A DNA stretch of 39,997 nucleotides from a virus. The stretch lies in IMG/VR virus record IMGVR_UViG_3300024307_000002; one strand, 5' to 3'. How positions within the stretch are numbered: the first letter of the stretch is position 1; each line of letters opens with the position of its first letter. The position numbers and the translations under genes are program-made. This document shows positions 1-9,388 of this stretch, one piece after another. Under the pieces are notes generated by a model that saw only the letters and a program-made list of their open reading frames with translations, had not been told where the DNA came from and made no database searches.

Positions 1-127
1 GTAACGTGAGCGTTGGCACAAGGCGTTGGCATCCGATTGGAGGATGCCGCGTCGGTGCTAGGCTCAAGAGATTGACGCGAGCTAACTAGGTCTGTTGGCT
101 CACAGCGCGAGTCGAGAAGTCAACCGG
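1..127. repeat. Terminal direct repeat, copy 1 (identical to 39871..39997); marks circular closure of the genome
   Basis: gtaacgtgagcgttggcaca...gtcgagaagtcaaccgg occurs base-for-base at both window ends. Confidence 0.95.
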
Positions 128-158
128 CAGCACAGCCGTTCGCGTAGTGCACCAATTT

Positions 159-191
159 AAAGCCCTGCATGGTTCGCCCAGCGGGGCTTTT
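159..191 (+). terminator. Intrinsic terminator ending the short leader RNA from the late promoter at 39839..39867
   Basis: Stem 159-168 / 181-190 (aaagccctgc ... gcggggcttt, one G-T pair), 12-nt loop, then TTTT. Confidence 0.65.
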
Positions 192-720
192 CGTATGTGG
201 CCGCGACATGCGCGGTGGGATGTCACCGGGGGATCAGCGCCCCGGCAGTCTGGTCTGCCCCATTAGGCCAGCGTGACCGGCTTGTCACCGGCCCGTGAAC
301 ATCGGCACGACACACAGGGCGGCAGACATTCCGCGCCGGATGCCTAACCGGCTTCGTTTCGCGGGCCAGTCCATCGCTCACCCAAAGCACTACCCCTTGG
401 GACTGTGCCCGCACCCCACACACGAGCTGACTGAGTGCATCAGCAGCACACCCCGACGCTTCGGGAAGCGTGGCTTTCCCTGGTTTCTCCTGCCGGGTTT
501 CACACGCGGCGGGCGGGGATTTTGTTTCGAGCATCCAAGGGTCGCGCCCTTGGCGATGTCCGTGCGATAGGCGGACTGGTTGGCCACTGGCCCGAGGTAG
601 CCACAAAGGTTCAGTCCGGTGGGAACGGACGTGATGCGTGAGGAACTGGCTAGAAGAGCTAGCCCCCTTGTTTGTTGGGGGTCAAGTGAATCTTCGGAAA
701 AGCACCGTTAGTGTTCCTGG

Positions 721-745
721 CCGGGTTCGAATCCCGGGACCTGTG
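721..745 (+). other. tRNA T-arm-like motif (CCGGG-TTCGAAT-CCCGG) plus acceptor-like tail; not a complete tRNA
   Basis: Perfect 5-bp stem with canonical TTCGAAT loop. Upstream sequence cannot form D or anticodon arms (only about 69 nt, 5-nt loop). Confidence 0.5.
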
Positions 746-793
746 GCGATGCGATTTTTAACCGGCGAACAACCCTAGAGGATTCGCAACACC

Positions 794-1153
794 ATGGCCG
801 AAAAACAAACCGAGCAGAAACGCCGGGTTGGTGACGGCACCCCTGGCCCTGGCCGCAAGAAGGGCGTGCCAAACAAGACCACCACCGAGTTCCGGGAAAC
901 CGTCCGCCAACTGCTTGAGGACAACTCGCAGAACGTCGGGCGCTGGCTCACCCTCGTCGCAGAGGGGGACGGTACGGACAGCCCTAAGGGTGCGCCTGAT
1001 CCTGGTCGGGCCCTTGACCTGCTTGCCAAGCTGGCAGAGTTCGCGGCCCCGAAGCTGTCGCGGGCTGAGGTGACCGGGCCGAATGATGGGCCTGTGCAGA
1101 CCGTCACTCGCATCGAGCTTGTGCCCCTGAAGAATGGCAACGGCTCAGATTGA
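794..1153 (+). CDS. terS: Terminase small subunit (putative)
   Basis: 119-aa ORF overlapping the large terminase start by 20 nt. Basic N-terminus (KRRVGDG..GRKKG). First gene after the long leader. Assigned by position and size only. Confidence 0.55.
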   Translation: MAEKQTEQKRRVGDGTPGPGRKKGVPNKTTTEFRETVRQLLEDNSQNVGRWLTLVAEGDGTDSPKGAPDPGRALDLLAKLAEFAAPKLSRAEVTGPNDGPVQTVTRIELVPLKNGNGSD

Positions 1154-2447
1154 GATTGTCCCGAAGCTGATCCCGGTCTTTGAGGGTGAGGCGGACGTAC
1201 GTGGGGCACACGGGGGGCGCGGGTCAGGCAAGACCCGTAGCTTCGCCAAGATGGCCGCTGTGCGTGGGTACATGCACGGCATGGCTGGGGTGACCGGGCA
1301 GATTGTCTGCGGTCGCCAGTTCATGAACTCGCTGGAAGATTCCTCACTGGAGGAATGCAAGCGGGCGATTGAGGAAGAGCCGTTTCTTGCCGCTTACTAC
1401 GAGGTGGGCGACAAGTACATCAAGAGCCGAGACGGGCGCATCTGGTTCACGTTCGTTGGCCTTGATCGAAACATTGCGTCCATCAAGTCCAAGGGTCGAA
1501 TCCTCCTGCTGTGGGTGGATGAGGCCGAGCCGGTGACTGATGAGGCGTGGTCGGTTGTCATCCCGACTCTGCGCGAAGAGGGTGACGGCTGGAACGCTGA
1601 ATTGTGGGTGACGTGGAACCCGAAGCGCAAAGCGGCGGCGGTGGAGAAGCGGTTTCGGATGAGTTCCGATCCGCGCATCAAGATCGTTGAGTGCAACTGG
1701 AAGGACAACCCGAAGTTTCCGGCCAAGTTGGAGCGCGAGCGCAAGCGGGATCTAGCGGAGCGCCCTGACCAATACGGGCACGTCTGGGACGGTGAGTACG
1801 CATCTGCCTTGGAGGGCGCGTACTTCGCGAAGCACTTGATTGAGGCCCGCCAGTCCGGTCGTGTGGGCCGAGTCCCCGCTGACCCGCTCATGACCTACCG
1901 CGTGTTCTGCGACATCGGCGGGACCGGCGCGAGGGCTGACGCCTTTGCGATGTGGGTTGCTCAGTTCGTCGGGCTTGAGATCCGCGTCCTCGACTACTAC
2001 GAAGCCGTCGGCCAGCCGCTCGCCTCCCATCTGGTGTGGTTGAGGGAGCGCGGCTACACGGCTGACAAGGCTCAAATCTGGTTGCCTCACGACGGGGCGA
2101 CTCAAGACAAGGTGCACGCGGTTTCGTATGAGTCCGCGATGAAACAGGCCGGGTACGCGGTGACGGTTGTCCCGAACCAGGGGCGAGGCGCTGCAAAAGC
2201 CCGGATCGAAGAAGCGCGACGGCTGTTCCCGTCGATGTGGTTCAACGAAGAAACGTGCTCGGCGGGTCTTGACGCGCTGGGTTGGTATCACGAGAAGCGA
2301 GACGAGGCGCGGGGCATCGGCCTTGGGCCTGAGCACGATTGGGCGTCTCACGGCGCTGATGCGTTCGGGCTGATGTGCGTGGTTCACAAGCCGCCGCAGT
2401 CTGGATCGCTCGCCCCGATCAAGTACCCGAAGCGGAGTTATGCGTGA
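1134..2447 (+). CDS. terL: Terminase large subunit
   Basis: 437 aa. Walker A-like GGRGSGKT, Walker B-like LLLWVDEAE, C-terminal nuclease-type half. Sits directly before the portal gene. Confidence 0.9.
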   Translation: MATAQIEIVPKLIPVFEGEADVRGAHGGRGSGKTRSFAKMAAVRGYMHGMAGVTGQIVCGRQFMNSLEDSSLEECKRAIEEEPFLAAYYEVGDKYIKSRDGRIWFTFVGLDRNIASIKSKGRILLLWVDEAEPVTDEAWSVVIPTLREEGDGWNAELWVTWNPKRKAAAVEKRFRMSSDPRIKIVECNWKDNPKFPAKLERERKRDLAERPDQYGHVWDGEYASALEGAYFAKHLIEARQSGRVGRVPADPLMTYRVFCDIGGTGARADAFAMWVAQFVGLEIRVLDYYEAVGQPLASHLVWLRERGYTADKAQIWLPHDGATQDKVHAVSYESAMKQAGYAVTVVPNQGRGAAKARIEEARRLFPSMWFNEETCSAGLDALGWYHEKRDEARGIGLGPEHDWASHGADAFGLMCVVHKPPQSGSLAPIKYPKRSYA

Positions 2448-2671
2448 CTGCTGACCAGATCCTGACCGCCTTTCGCTTGATTGCGATGGGCCGACCGAAT
2501 CACCCCGAGGTGGTGGCTTTGGCCGAATACCTGGCGAACATCGACAGCGAGCCGAAAGATCCGCTTTCTCAGGGGTTGGCTGACCCATTCAAGCCTGCGT
2601 CTGGTCTTTCGCAAGTCATCGCAGAAGAAGTGCAAGACAAGCCCAAACGCGGGCGCAAGAAGGCCGAGTAA
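2444..2671 (+). CDS. Hypothetical protein
   Basis: Frame is open from 2375. GTG at 2444 overlaps the terL stop (GTGA). Ends one base before the portal ATG. Start uncertain. Confidence 0.45.
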   Translation: MTADQILTAFRLIAMGRPNHPEVVALAEYLANIDSEPKDPLSQGLADPFKPASGLSQVIAEEVQDKPKRGRKKAE

Positions 2672-4780
2672 ATGGCAAAGATGGACGACGAAACCCTGCT
2701 GAACCTGCTTCAAGGCGAAGAGGCTCAGGCGGGTGATTACGTTTGGGGCGAGCTTGCTGAGGCCCGTGAGATGGCGATGCGGGAATACCTGCGCCTGCCT
2801 TACGGTGACGAGGAAGAAGGCCGTTCGTCGTTCGTCACGTCTGACGTTCTCGACACGATTGAATGGGTGCGCCCTGCGCTGCTCAAGATCTTTGTCGGTG
2901 GCGATGAGGCTGTGTCCTTTGAGCCGACCGGCCCGGAAGATGTGGAAAGCGCCGAGCAAGCGACTCAGGCGGTCAATTACGTCTTCTACAAGCAGAATAA
3001 CGGTTTCATGATCTCCTACACGGCAATCACTGACGCGCTCCAGTTGAAGAACTGCGCGATCATGTGGCGGTGGAAAGAGACAGAGAAAGCGGAGACGCAG
3101 CGTTACAAGGGCCTCACAGACGAGGCCCTTACTCTTTTGATGCAGCAACTCGCGGAAGGCAAGCCGGAGATTGTCGAGGCATCGACTGAGGTTGTGGTCA
3201 ATGAGATGGGCATGCCCGTCAACGTCCATGACGTGAAGATCAAGACCACGCGCAAGACTGGCAAGGTTCACATCGAGGCGTTCCCGCCTGAAGAGTTGCT
3301 TGTCTCTCGGAACTGGAACAGCCCGCTTCTTGAGGACTGCCCCTATGTCTGCCGGATGATGCGTGTGACGCTCTCCGAGCTTCGGGAAATGGGTTTCGAC
3401 GTTGAGGTCGATGACCTGACCGACGCAGACCGGATTGAGGTTTCGGCTGATCGCTCGCTGCGTGAGGCTGAATCTCAAGACTGGACGGGGCGCAACACCG
3501 AGACGCCATCTGAAGACGAAAGCCGCACCGAGGGCTGGCTGCGCATCGAGTATGTGATGGCCGACCGTGACGGGGATGGCATCTCCGAGCGCCTGATGGT
3601 CACGCGCCTGGCGCACAAGATCCTCAAGGTTGAAGAGTGCTCGCATGTGCCGATTGCGACCGCTTCGCCCATCCTGCGTTCTCACCGTTGGGACGGTCAC
3701 AGCCTGGCTGAGTTGGTGTCGGATCTTCAGCGCCTGCACACGGTCATCACCCGTCAGATGCTGGACAGCCTGTATCTGGCGACGAACCCGCGCAAGAAGG
3801 TATTGACCGACTCGACGGGCGCACCGATGGCGAACATTGACGACCTGTTGGACGCTCGCGTCGGCGGGATCGTTCGTCAGCAGTCGGTCGATGCCGTCAT
3901 CGAGGAGCAGTCGCAATGGGTGGGCGCTCAAGCCTTCCCGATGCTTGAGTACGTTGACCGGGTTCGGATGAACCGCAGCGGCGTCAACTACCTGTCTTCT
4001 GGTCTGGATGCCAACGCGATCAACAAGACCGCAACGGGCTCTCAGATTCAAGATGGACGGATGCAGGAGCGCACCGAGTTGGTCGCTCGCGTGCTGGCTG
4101 AGACGCTTTACAAGCCGATGTTTGCCGGTGTGCTCAAGGTGTTGACCGAGCACTGCATGGAAAAGCTCTCCTTCCGCCTGCGCAACAAGTTCGTCCAGTA
4201 CGACCCGCAGGAATGGCGCGACCACTACGACATGAGCATCAATGTCGGCTTGGGCACGGGCAACAAGCAACAGCAGGCCATGAGCCTTGCTCAGATCGAA
4301 GCCGCTCAGATGGCCGCGATTCAAGGCGGCGGCATGGGGCTTTTGGTAAAGCCCAAGCACGTCTACAACTTGCAGGCGCAGAAGGTGAAGCTCGCAGGCT
4401 TCCAGAACGTCGATGACTTCTGGCAAGACCCCGGCGACGGGATGCCTCAGGCACCGCAGAAGCCCGATCCTGAGATGGTGAAGGCAGAAGCCCAAGCCAA
4501 GCAGAAACAGCTAGAGCTACAGGCAGACGCGCAGAAGTTCCAAGCGCAACAGCAGATCGAAGAACGGGCCAATCAGGCCCGTTTTGCATTTGAGGCCGAG
4601 CAGAAGGCGCTTGACCGCCAAGTCGAGCTTGAGAAAGCGCGGATTCAGCAGGAAACCCAACTCCTGATTGCTCAGATGCGAGCCGCTTCCGATCAGTCGA
4701 TTGCCGAGAAGAAGGCCGACGCGATGGAAGACCAAAGCGAAGGCCAGCAAGCGCCCGACTTCCCCTCCATCGAGGACTGA
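2672..4780 (+). CDS. Portal protein
   Basis: 702 aa, directly after the terminase genes. Long Q/A/E-rich helical C-terminal tail. Size and position match a P22-type portal. Confidence 0.8.
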   Translation: MAKMDDETLLNLLQGEEAQAGDYVWGELAEAREMAMREYLRLPYGDEEEGRSSFVTSDVLDTIEWVRPALLKIFVGGDEAVSFEPTGPEDVESAEQATQAVNYVFYKQNNGFMISYTAITDALQLKNCAIMWRWKETEKAETQRYKGLTDEALTLLMQQLAEGKPEIVEASTEVVVNEMGMPVNVHDVKIKTTRKTGKVHIEAFPPEELLVSRNWNSPLLEDCPYVCRMMRVTLSELREMGFDVEVDDLTDADRIEVSADRSLREAESQDWTGRNTETPSEDESRTEGWLRIEYVMADRDGDGISERLMVTRLAHKILKVEECSHVPIATASPILRSHRWDGHSLAELVSDLQRLHTVITRQMLDSLYLATNPRKKVLTDSTGAPMANIDDLLDARVGGIVRQQSVDAVIEEQSQWVGAQAFPMLEYVDRVRMNRSGVNYLSSGLDANAINKTATGSQIQDGRMQERTELVARVLAETLYKPMFAGVLKVLTEHCMEKLSFRLRNKFVQYDPQEWRDHYDMSINVGLGTGNKQQQAMSLAQIEAAQMAAIQGGGMGLLVKPKHVYNLQAQKVKLAGFQNVDDFWQDPGDGMPQAPQKPDPEMVKAEAQAKQKQLELQADAQKFQAQQQIEERANQARFAFEAEQKALDRQVELEKARIQQETQLLIAQMRAASDQSIAEKKADAMEDQSEGQQAPDFPSIED

Positions 4781-4783
4781 CCC

Positions 4784-5089
4784 ATGAGTGACCAGATCGA
4801 CCGCCAGCGCAAGGAATCGCTGCGGGGGGAAGACGCTGCCCGCGTTTTGGAAAGCCCCGCTTTCAAGGCTGCGATGCAGTCGCTCAAGGACGAAATCGTC
4901 ACGCAGTGGAGCAAGGCCCCTGTGCGTGACGTTGAAGGCCAGCGGCTGCTTTTGCAGCTTCACAAGCTCGCCAACAAGTTTGAAGGATTGCTAACCGGGA
5001 TGGTGGAAACCGGGAAGCTGGCGCAGATCAACCTCGACGCAGAACGCGACGAGTCGGTTGCGCGAAAACTCTTCCGCCGCGTGATCTAA
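4784..5089 (+). CDS. Hypothetical head-module protein
   Basis: 101-aa ORF with an ATG 3 nt after the portal stop; coding-like composition. Confidence 0.6.
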   Translation: MSDQIDRQRKESLRGEDAARVLESPAFKAAMQSLKDEIVTQWSKAPVRDVEGQRLLLQLHKLANKFEGLLTGMVETGKLAQINLDAERDESVARKLFRRVI

Positions 5090-5101
5090 GGAACATCACC
5101 A

Positions 5102-6040
5102 ATGACCGATCAAGCCAATGAGGCAATCGATCCGATGGACACAGCCGCCGCGCTGATCGCCAACTCACTTGATGAGAGCGAGCCTCCCGAAGAGGACGAG
5201 GAACAGCCAGAGGCCACCGAAGAGACGGGCGAAGAGTCCGAGGACGCTCAACCTGAAGAGGAAGGCGCAACCGAGGCACCAAAGGAAGTCGTTTTTGCAG
5301 GTCAGAAGTTTGACCTCCCGGCCAACACCCCGCCCGAAGTGGTGGAGAAGGTCGCGGAGATCGGCAAGCAATTGCAAGGCGACTACACCCGCAAGACCCA
5401 AGAACTCGCGTCCCGCGAGAAGCAAGCCGCCGAGATCGTTCAGAACGAACTCAACCAAGGCAGGCAGCACATCAATCAGGCTCTCCAGCAAGCACAGGCA
5501 GTCATTCAGGCTGTCGGCGGGTTCATGGACCCTGCGCAACTCGCGCAACTTGCAGAGACGGACCCCGCCGCTTGGATTCAGGCGAACGCCCGACAGCAGC
5601 AACTGAGCGCCTATCTGGGCCAGGTGCAGCAGCAGGCGCAAGCACTGGAACAGCAGGCAAAGCAGGCCGAAGCACAACGCATGGAAGCCGCCAAGCAAGA
5701 AGCATGGCAGCGGCTGAACGCGGAAGGCATCGACCGCAAGGGTCTGGAAAAGCTCTGGGCTGATGCGAAACAGACGTTCTCCTTGACGGATGAGCGGCTG
5801 TCGCAAGTGCTCGACGCCGACTCGTGGCTTGTCCTGCGTGACGCCATCGCCTATCGCCAACTCAAAGCGCAAACACCGGCTGTGACCAAGAAGGTCGCCG
5901 AAGCGCCTCAGTTGCCGAAGGCCAAACAACCCATGCCCCAAGAAGTGCGCCAGAAGCTCGACGCCCGCAAGGCTGTCACCCGCAAGGGTGGTGCCTCGAT
6001 GCGTGACCTGGCTGCCTTCATCGCAACCAATCAGAGGTAA
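5102..6040 (+). CDS. Scaffolding protein (putative)
   Basis: 312 aa, very acidic N-terminus, Q/A/E-rich helical sequence, AAGGA ribosome-binding site, directly upstream of the coat gene. Confidence 0.65.
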   Translation: MTDQANEAIDPMDTAAALIANSLDESEPPEEDEEQPEATEETGEESEDAQPEEEGATEAPKEVVFAGQKFDLPANTPPEVVEKVAEIGKQLQGDYTRKTQELASREKQAAEIVQNELNQGRQHINQALQQAQAVIQAVGGFMDPAQLAQLAETDPAAWIQANARQQQLSAYLGQVQQQAQALEQQAKQAEAQRMEAAKQEAWQRLNAEGIDRKGLEKLWADAKQTFSLTDERLSQVLDADSWLVLRDAIAYRQLKAQTPAVTKKVAEAPQLPKAKQPMPQEVRQKLDARKAVTRKGGASMRDLAAFIATNQR

Positions 6041-6045
6041 TCATC

Positions 6046-7011
6046 ATGGCCCAGCCTACCAACCTGATCTCGAAGTACGACATTCGCGGCGACCGCGAAG
6101 ACCTGATCGAAGCGATCACCAACACCAGCCCCGAGAAAACCCCTGTGGTTTCCTCGTTCGGCCGCACCACTGCCACGAACACCTATCACGAATGGCAACG
6201 TGACAGCCTGCGTTCGGCCAACAAGGACAACGCCGCCATCGACGGTGACGACGCCACTCCTTCGGCTCGCTCGGCCACCTCGCGTGTGGCGAACTACAGC
6301 CAGATTTTCCAAGACACCATCGCCACCTCTCGCCGCGCCAACCGCGTCAAGAAGGCCGGTCGCAAGTCCGAGCAGGCTTACCAAGTCGCCAAGGCGTACA
6401 AGGAACTGCAACGCGACATCGAAGCCATGGTTCTGTCGAACAACGCTGCCGTCGCTGGCAACGACTCGACCGCTTCCAAGTCGGCAGGCGCTGGCGCGAT
6501 GATCTACAGCAACATCTCCAGCGGTTCGGGTGGCTCGACCCCCTCGCACACCTCTGGCGCTGCGACCACCGCTCCGACCGCTGGCACGAACCGCACCTTC
6601 ACCGAAGCTCTGCTGAAGACCGTCGCTCAGTCGGCCTTCTCCAACTGCGGCGAAGTGCCCCCGATGGTTGTCATGTCGCCTTCGCACAAGTCCACGTTCT
6701 CCGGCTTCGCTGGCATCGCCGTCAACCGCTTCCAAGTTGGCAAGGGCGAGCAAGGTCGCATCGTCGGCGGCGCTGATGTCTACATGAGCGACTTCGGCGA
6801 AATGGAAATCGTGCCGCACTACCTGATGGTCGGCTCCAACACCGTGTTCGGCTTCAACCCCGACTACGCAGCCATCGCCTACCTGGACGGCTTCAACAAG
6901 CAAGCCCTTGCCAAGACTGGCGACAGCGACAAGGAGCAGGTGCTTGTTGACTGCACCTTGGAGATGACCTCCGAGAACGCCCACTTCAAGATTGCTGACC
7001 TGACCGCTTAA
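6046..7011 (+). CDS. Major capsid (coat) protein
   Basis: 321 aa, GAGG ribosome-binding site, lies between the scaffold gene and a strong intrinsic terminator. Assigned by position and size. Confidence 0.75.
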   Translation: MAQPTNLISKYDIRGDREDLIEAITNTSPEKTPVVSSFGRTTATNTYHEWQRDSLRSANKDNAAIDGDDATPSARSATSRVANYSQIFQDTIATSRRANRVKKAGRKSEQAYQVAKAYKELQRDIEAMVLSNNAAVAGNDSTASKSAGAGAMIYSNISSGSGGSTPSHTSGAATTAPTAGTNRTFTEALLKTVAQSAFSNCGEVPPMVVMSPSHKSTFSGFAGIAVNRFQVGKGEQGRIVGGADVYMSDFGEMEIVPHYLMVGSNTVFGFNPDYAAIAYLDGFNKQALAKTGDSDKEQVLVDCTLEMTSENAHFKIADLTA

Positions 7012-7030
7012 ACGGTCTGACGTGATCGAC

Positions 7031-7058
7031 AAGGCCCCTTCGGGGGCCTTTTCCTTTT
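7031..7058 (+). terminator. Intrinsic terminator after the coat gene
   Basis: aaggcccc-ttcg-ggggcctt (8-bp stem, tetraloop) followed by ttccttttgg. Confidence 0.8.
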
Positions 7059-7068
7059 GGGATTCGCT

Positions 7069-7395
7069 ATGGCTGAAGGCTTTACCGAAAACGTCTCGTT
7101 TGTCGATGACGTGTCCAACGGCGTCAAGACGACTCTGCACTTTCAGGGTGAAGAGTTGGTTGTTCAACGCGAGTGGGACGCGACCCCGTGGCTTGAGCAG
7201 GCAAAGGCCGAACGCGCCGCGACTGAGGGGCAGCGGTGGGGCGAGATGCGCAAGGTCTTCAGCCTTCCGCCTGCCGAGTATGGCCGTTACCTCATCGAGA
7301 CGCGCCAGATGACATCCCAAGAGAAAAAGGCCTGGCTTCGCAATTGGGCTCACCAACACCCGGCGCTCGTCGGATTTGAGAAGTACCTGAAATGA
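7069..7395 (+). CDS. Hypothetical virion-module protein
   Basis: The ORF track begins at a TTG (7057) inside the terminator tail. The first ATG is at 7069. 108 aa. Confidence 0.55.
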   Translation: MAEGFTENVSFVDDVSNGVKTTLHFQGEELVVQREWDATPWLEQAKAERAATEGQRWGEMRKVFSLPPAEYGRYLIETRQMTSQEKKAWLRNWAHQHPALVGFEKYLK

Positions 7396-7970
7396 ACTTC
7401 GGCCAACTCAAAACCGCGGTCACGACTTGGATCAACCGCAGCGATGTCCCGACTACTGATGTCGTGGCGTTGGCTGAGGCTGAGATCCGCCGGGACGTGC
7501 GCGTGATCGCTCAAGAAACGACGGTGACGGGCTCGCTGTCGGCTGGCCGATTCGCTGTGCCTGCTGACTTCCTCGACTCGCGCCAGTTGCTGATTGGCGG
7601 CAAGGTCTACACCTTTGTGCCGCCTGAGCAGTATCAGATCGAGCAGGAGAGGTTCATGACCTCTCGTTACTTCACGCGTATCGGCGGCTTCTTCTATGTC
7701 GTGCACGGTGACGCTGAAGCCTATTCGCTGCTGTATGTCGCAGCCTTCCAGGCTCTGTCGGCTGATGCTGATACGAATTGGGTGCTGACGAATGCCAAGG
7801 ATGTCTACCTGTTCGGTGCGCTGAAGCACGCGGCGGTGTGGGCAAAGGATCAGGCAGCGGCTCAAGGCTATGAGGCCATGTATCAGGCTGCCGTGGCGAA
7901 GTTGAACGGAGCCGACAAGGCTTCTCGATTTGCTGGCACGCTGACGGTTCGCCCGAGGTCGTTTGCATGA
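7392..7970 (+). CDS. Head-completion / portal-adaptor protein (putative; occupies the P22 gp4 position)
   Basis: 192 aa, ATGA overlap with the upstream gene. Assigned by synteny only. Confidence 0.4.
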   Translation: MNFGQLKTAVTTWINRSDVPTTDVVALAEAEIRRDVRVIAQETTVTGSLSAGRFAVPADFLDSRQLLIGGKVYTFVPPEQYQIEQERFMTSRYFTRIGGFFYVVHGDAEAYSLLYVAAFQALSADADTNWVLTNAKDVYLFGALKHAAVWAKDQAAAQGYEAMYQAAVAKLNGADKASRFAGTLTVRPRSFA

Positions 7971-9388
7971 CCCCGCTTCTCGGCTTCTCTCCTGACGTTG
8001 AGCCCACGACACCGGGCGCGATCATGGAGTGTCAGAACCTGATTCCCGACCCAAAGGGTATGAGGTCTGCGCCGAGTGCTGCCGATGCTGGTGTGTCGGC
8101 TCTGGCGGCTGCGTGCCGTGGGTCTGCGGTGACTCGCAACTTGACGGGCAATTCGCGTTTGTTCGCTGGCACGTCGTCCAATGTGTACGAGCTGGGCGGG
8201 ACAACGTGGTCTAGCGTGTCGTCTGGTCACTCGCTTGGCTCTGATGACGTGTGGCGCTTCGTGTCGTTTGGCAATGATGCGTTGGCTGTGTGCTCGTCTG
8301 TGACGCTTCGCCGATCCACGGGTGGCGCTTTCTCTGCTGTGGCTGGTGCGCCATCTGCAAAGGTCATCGCAGCGGCTCAGGGCTTCGTGATGCTGCTTAA
8401 CCACGGCACCACCCCGGACGGCTGGAAGTGCTCTGGCTATCTGGATGTGACGACCTGGACGCCTTCGGTTGCCACGCAGTCCAACGAAGGCCGGTTGATC
8501 GAAGGGCAGGGCGCTATCACTGCTGGGCTTCGGATGGGTGACACGGTTGTCGCTTACAAGGAGCGCGGGATCTTCGTCGGCATCTACGTCGGCGGCGATG
8601 TGGTGTGGCAGTGGACGATGCCTGTCGGCGATGTGGGCTGTGTGGGCGTTGAGGCTGTGGCCGACACCCCGCGGGGCCATGTGTTCGTCGGCTCGGACAA
8701 CGTGTATTTGTTCGACGGTCACCGGGCGCAGGCTGTGGGCGACCAGATCCGGCAATGGTGGATTGACAATTCATCTTCGCAGTTCCGCTATCGCACCAAG
8801 TTGATGTGGGATCGCGATAACGCCTTGGTCTGGATGTTCTACCCCGGCGTTAACTCGTCGGAGTGCGACCGGACTTTGGTCTTTCATGTGCCGACTGGCC
8901 GTTGGGGTGTGTCTGACCTGACGGTCGAGGCGGTGCTCAACTACACGTCGCAGGGCCTGACCTACGACACGGCTGCGAGCCTTGGCTACACCTACGACAG
9001 CGGCCCTGCGTTCTCCTACGACTCGCCTTTCTGGCTTGCGTCCAAGTCCAACCCGGCCATTTTCTCGACGGATCACAAGATCAAGTCGCTGACCGGAATT
9101 CCGTCTGAATCGACTTTCACGACTGGCGATTACGGGGACGAGTCTCAATCTAGCTATTTGGGTCGCGTGGATGTGCGTTGGTCGCGTCAGCCTGATGCAG
9201 CTACGGCAACGGGGTACACAAAGACATCGAGCGGCGCGGCTGACTCTGAGGGCTCGTTGTCCGTGTTCGACGGCTCCAAGTTCCCGATGCGGCAGACAGG
9301 GCGATTCCATCGTGTGCGGTTCGACTTCACCGGGGATGCTCGGTTGTCTGCGATTGACCTGAAGTTGCAGCCTGCGGGGGTGCGATGA
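7967..9388 (+). CDS. Head-completion / tail-hub protein (putative; size and position of P22 gp10)
   Basis: 473 aa, ATGA-coupled, beta-rich G/S/T/V sequence. Assigned by synteny and size only. Confidence 0.45.
   Translation: MTPLLGFSPDVEPTTPGAIMECQNLIPDPKGMRSAPSAADAGVSALAAACRGSAVTRNLTGNSRLFAGTSSNVYELGGTTWSSVSSGHSLGSDDVWRFVSFGNDALAVCSSVTLRRSTGGAFSAVAGAPSAKVIAAAQGFVMLLNHGTTPDGWKCSGYLDVTTWTPSVATQSNEGRLIEGQGAITAGLRMGDTVVAYKERGIFVGIYVGGDVVWQWTMPVGDVGCVGVEAVADTPRGHVFVGSDNVYLFDGHRAQAVGDQIRQWWIDNSSSQFRYRTKLMWDRDNALVWMFYPGVNSSECDRTLVFHVPTGRWGVSDLTVEAVLNYTSQGLTYDTAASLGYTYDSGPAFSYDSPFWLASKSNPAIFSTDHKIKSLTGIPSESTFTTGDYGDESQSSYLGRVDVRWSRQPDAATATGYTKTSSGAADSEGSLSVFDGSKFPMRQTGRFHRVRFDFTGDARLSAIDLKLQPAGVR

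Noticed and set aside
1-127. The 127-bp end repeat as attL/attR or a biological long terminal repeat
   Set aside because: There is no host DNA outside the repeats, and attP with a tRNA core lies internally next to int. The length equals a common assembler k-mer, so a circularisation artefact is the likeliest explanation. This should still be checked against the reads.
223-641. ORFs in the pre-terS region (223..606 -, 295..570 +, 390..587 -, 435..641 +)
   Set aside because: They overlap one another on both strands, have low-complexity Arg/Pro/Gly composition, and have no ribosome-binding sites or coupling to neighbours. I treat the region as non-coding.
677-745. Complete tRNA genes at 677..745 (+) and 20393..20469 (-)
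   Set aside because: Both have a good T-arm. However, the acceptor stems need mismatches and multiple G-T pairs, no D-arm can be drawn, and the candidate anticodon loops have the wrong size. They are reported only as tRNA-like fragments.
2438-4495. Very long antisense ORFs: 2438..4495 (-) 685 aa, 6031..7359 (-) 442 aa, 21055..22290 (-) 411 aa, 31105..32313 (-) 402 aa, 36313..37374 (-) 353 aa, 7883..8755 (-), 14315..15166 (-), 38858..39700 (-)
   Set aside because: They lie exactly opposite well-supported genes (portal, coat, integrase, HNH, nin genes). They are Arg/His/Leu/Pro-rich and lack ribosome-binding sites. These are typical shadow ORFs of GC-rich DNA.
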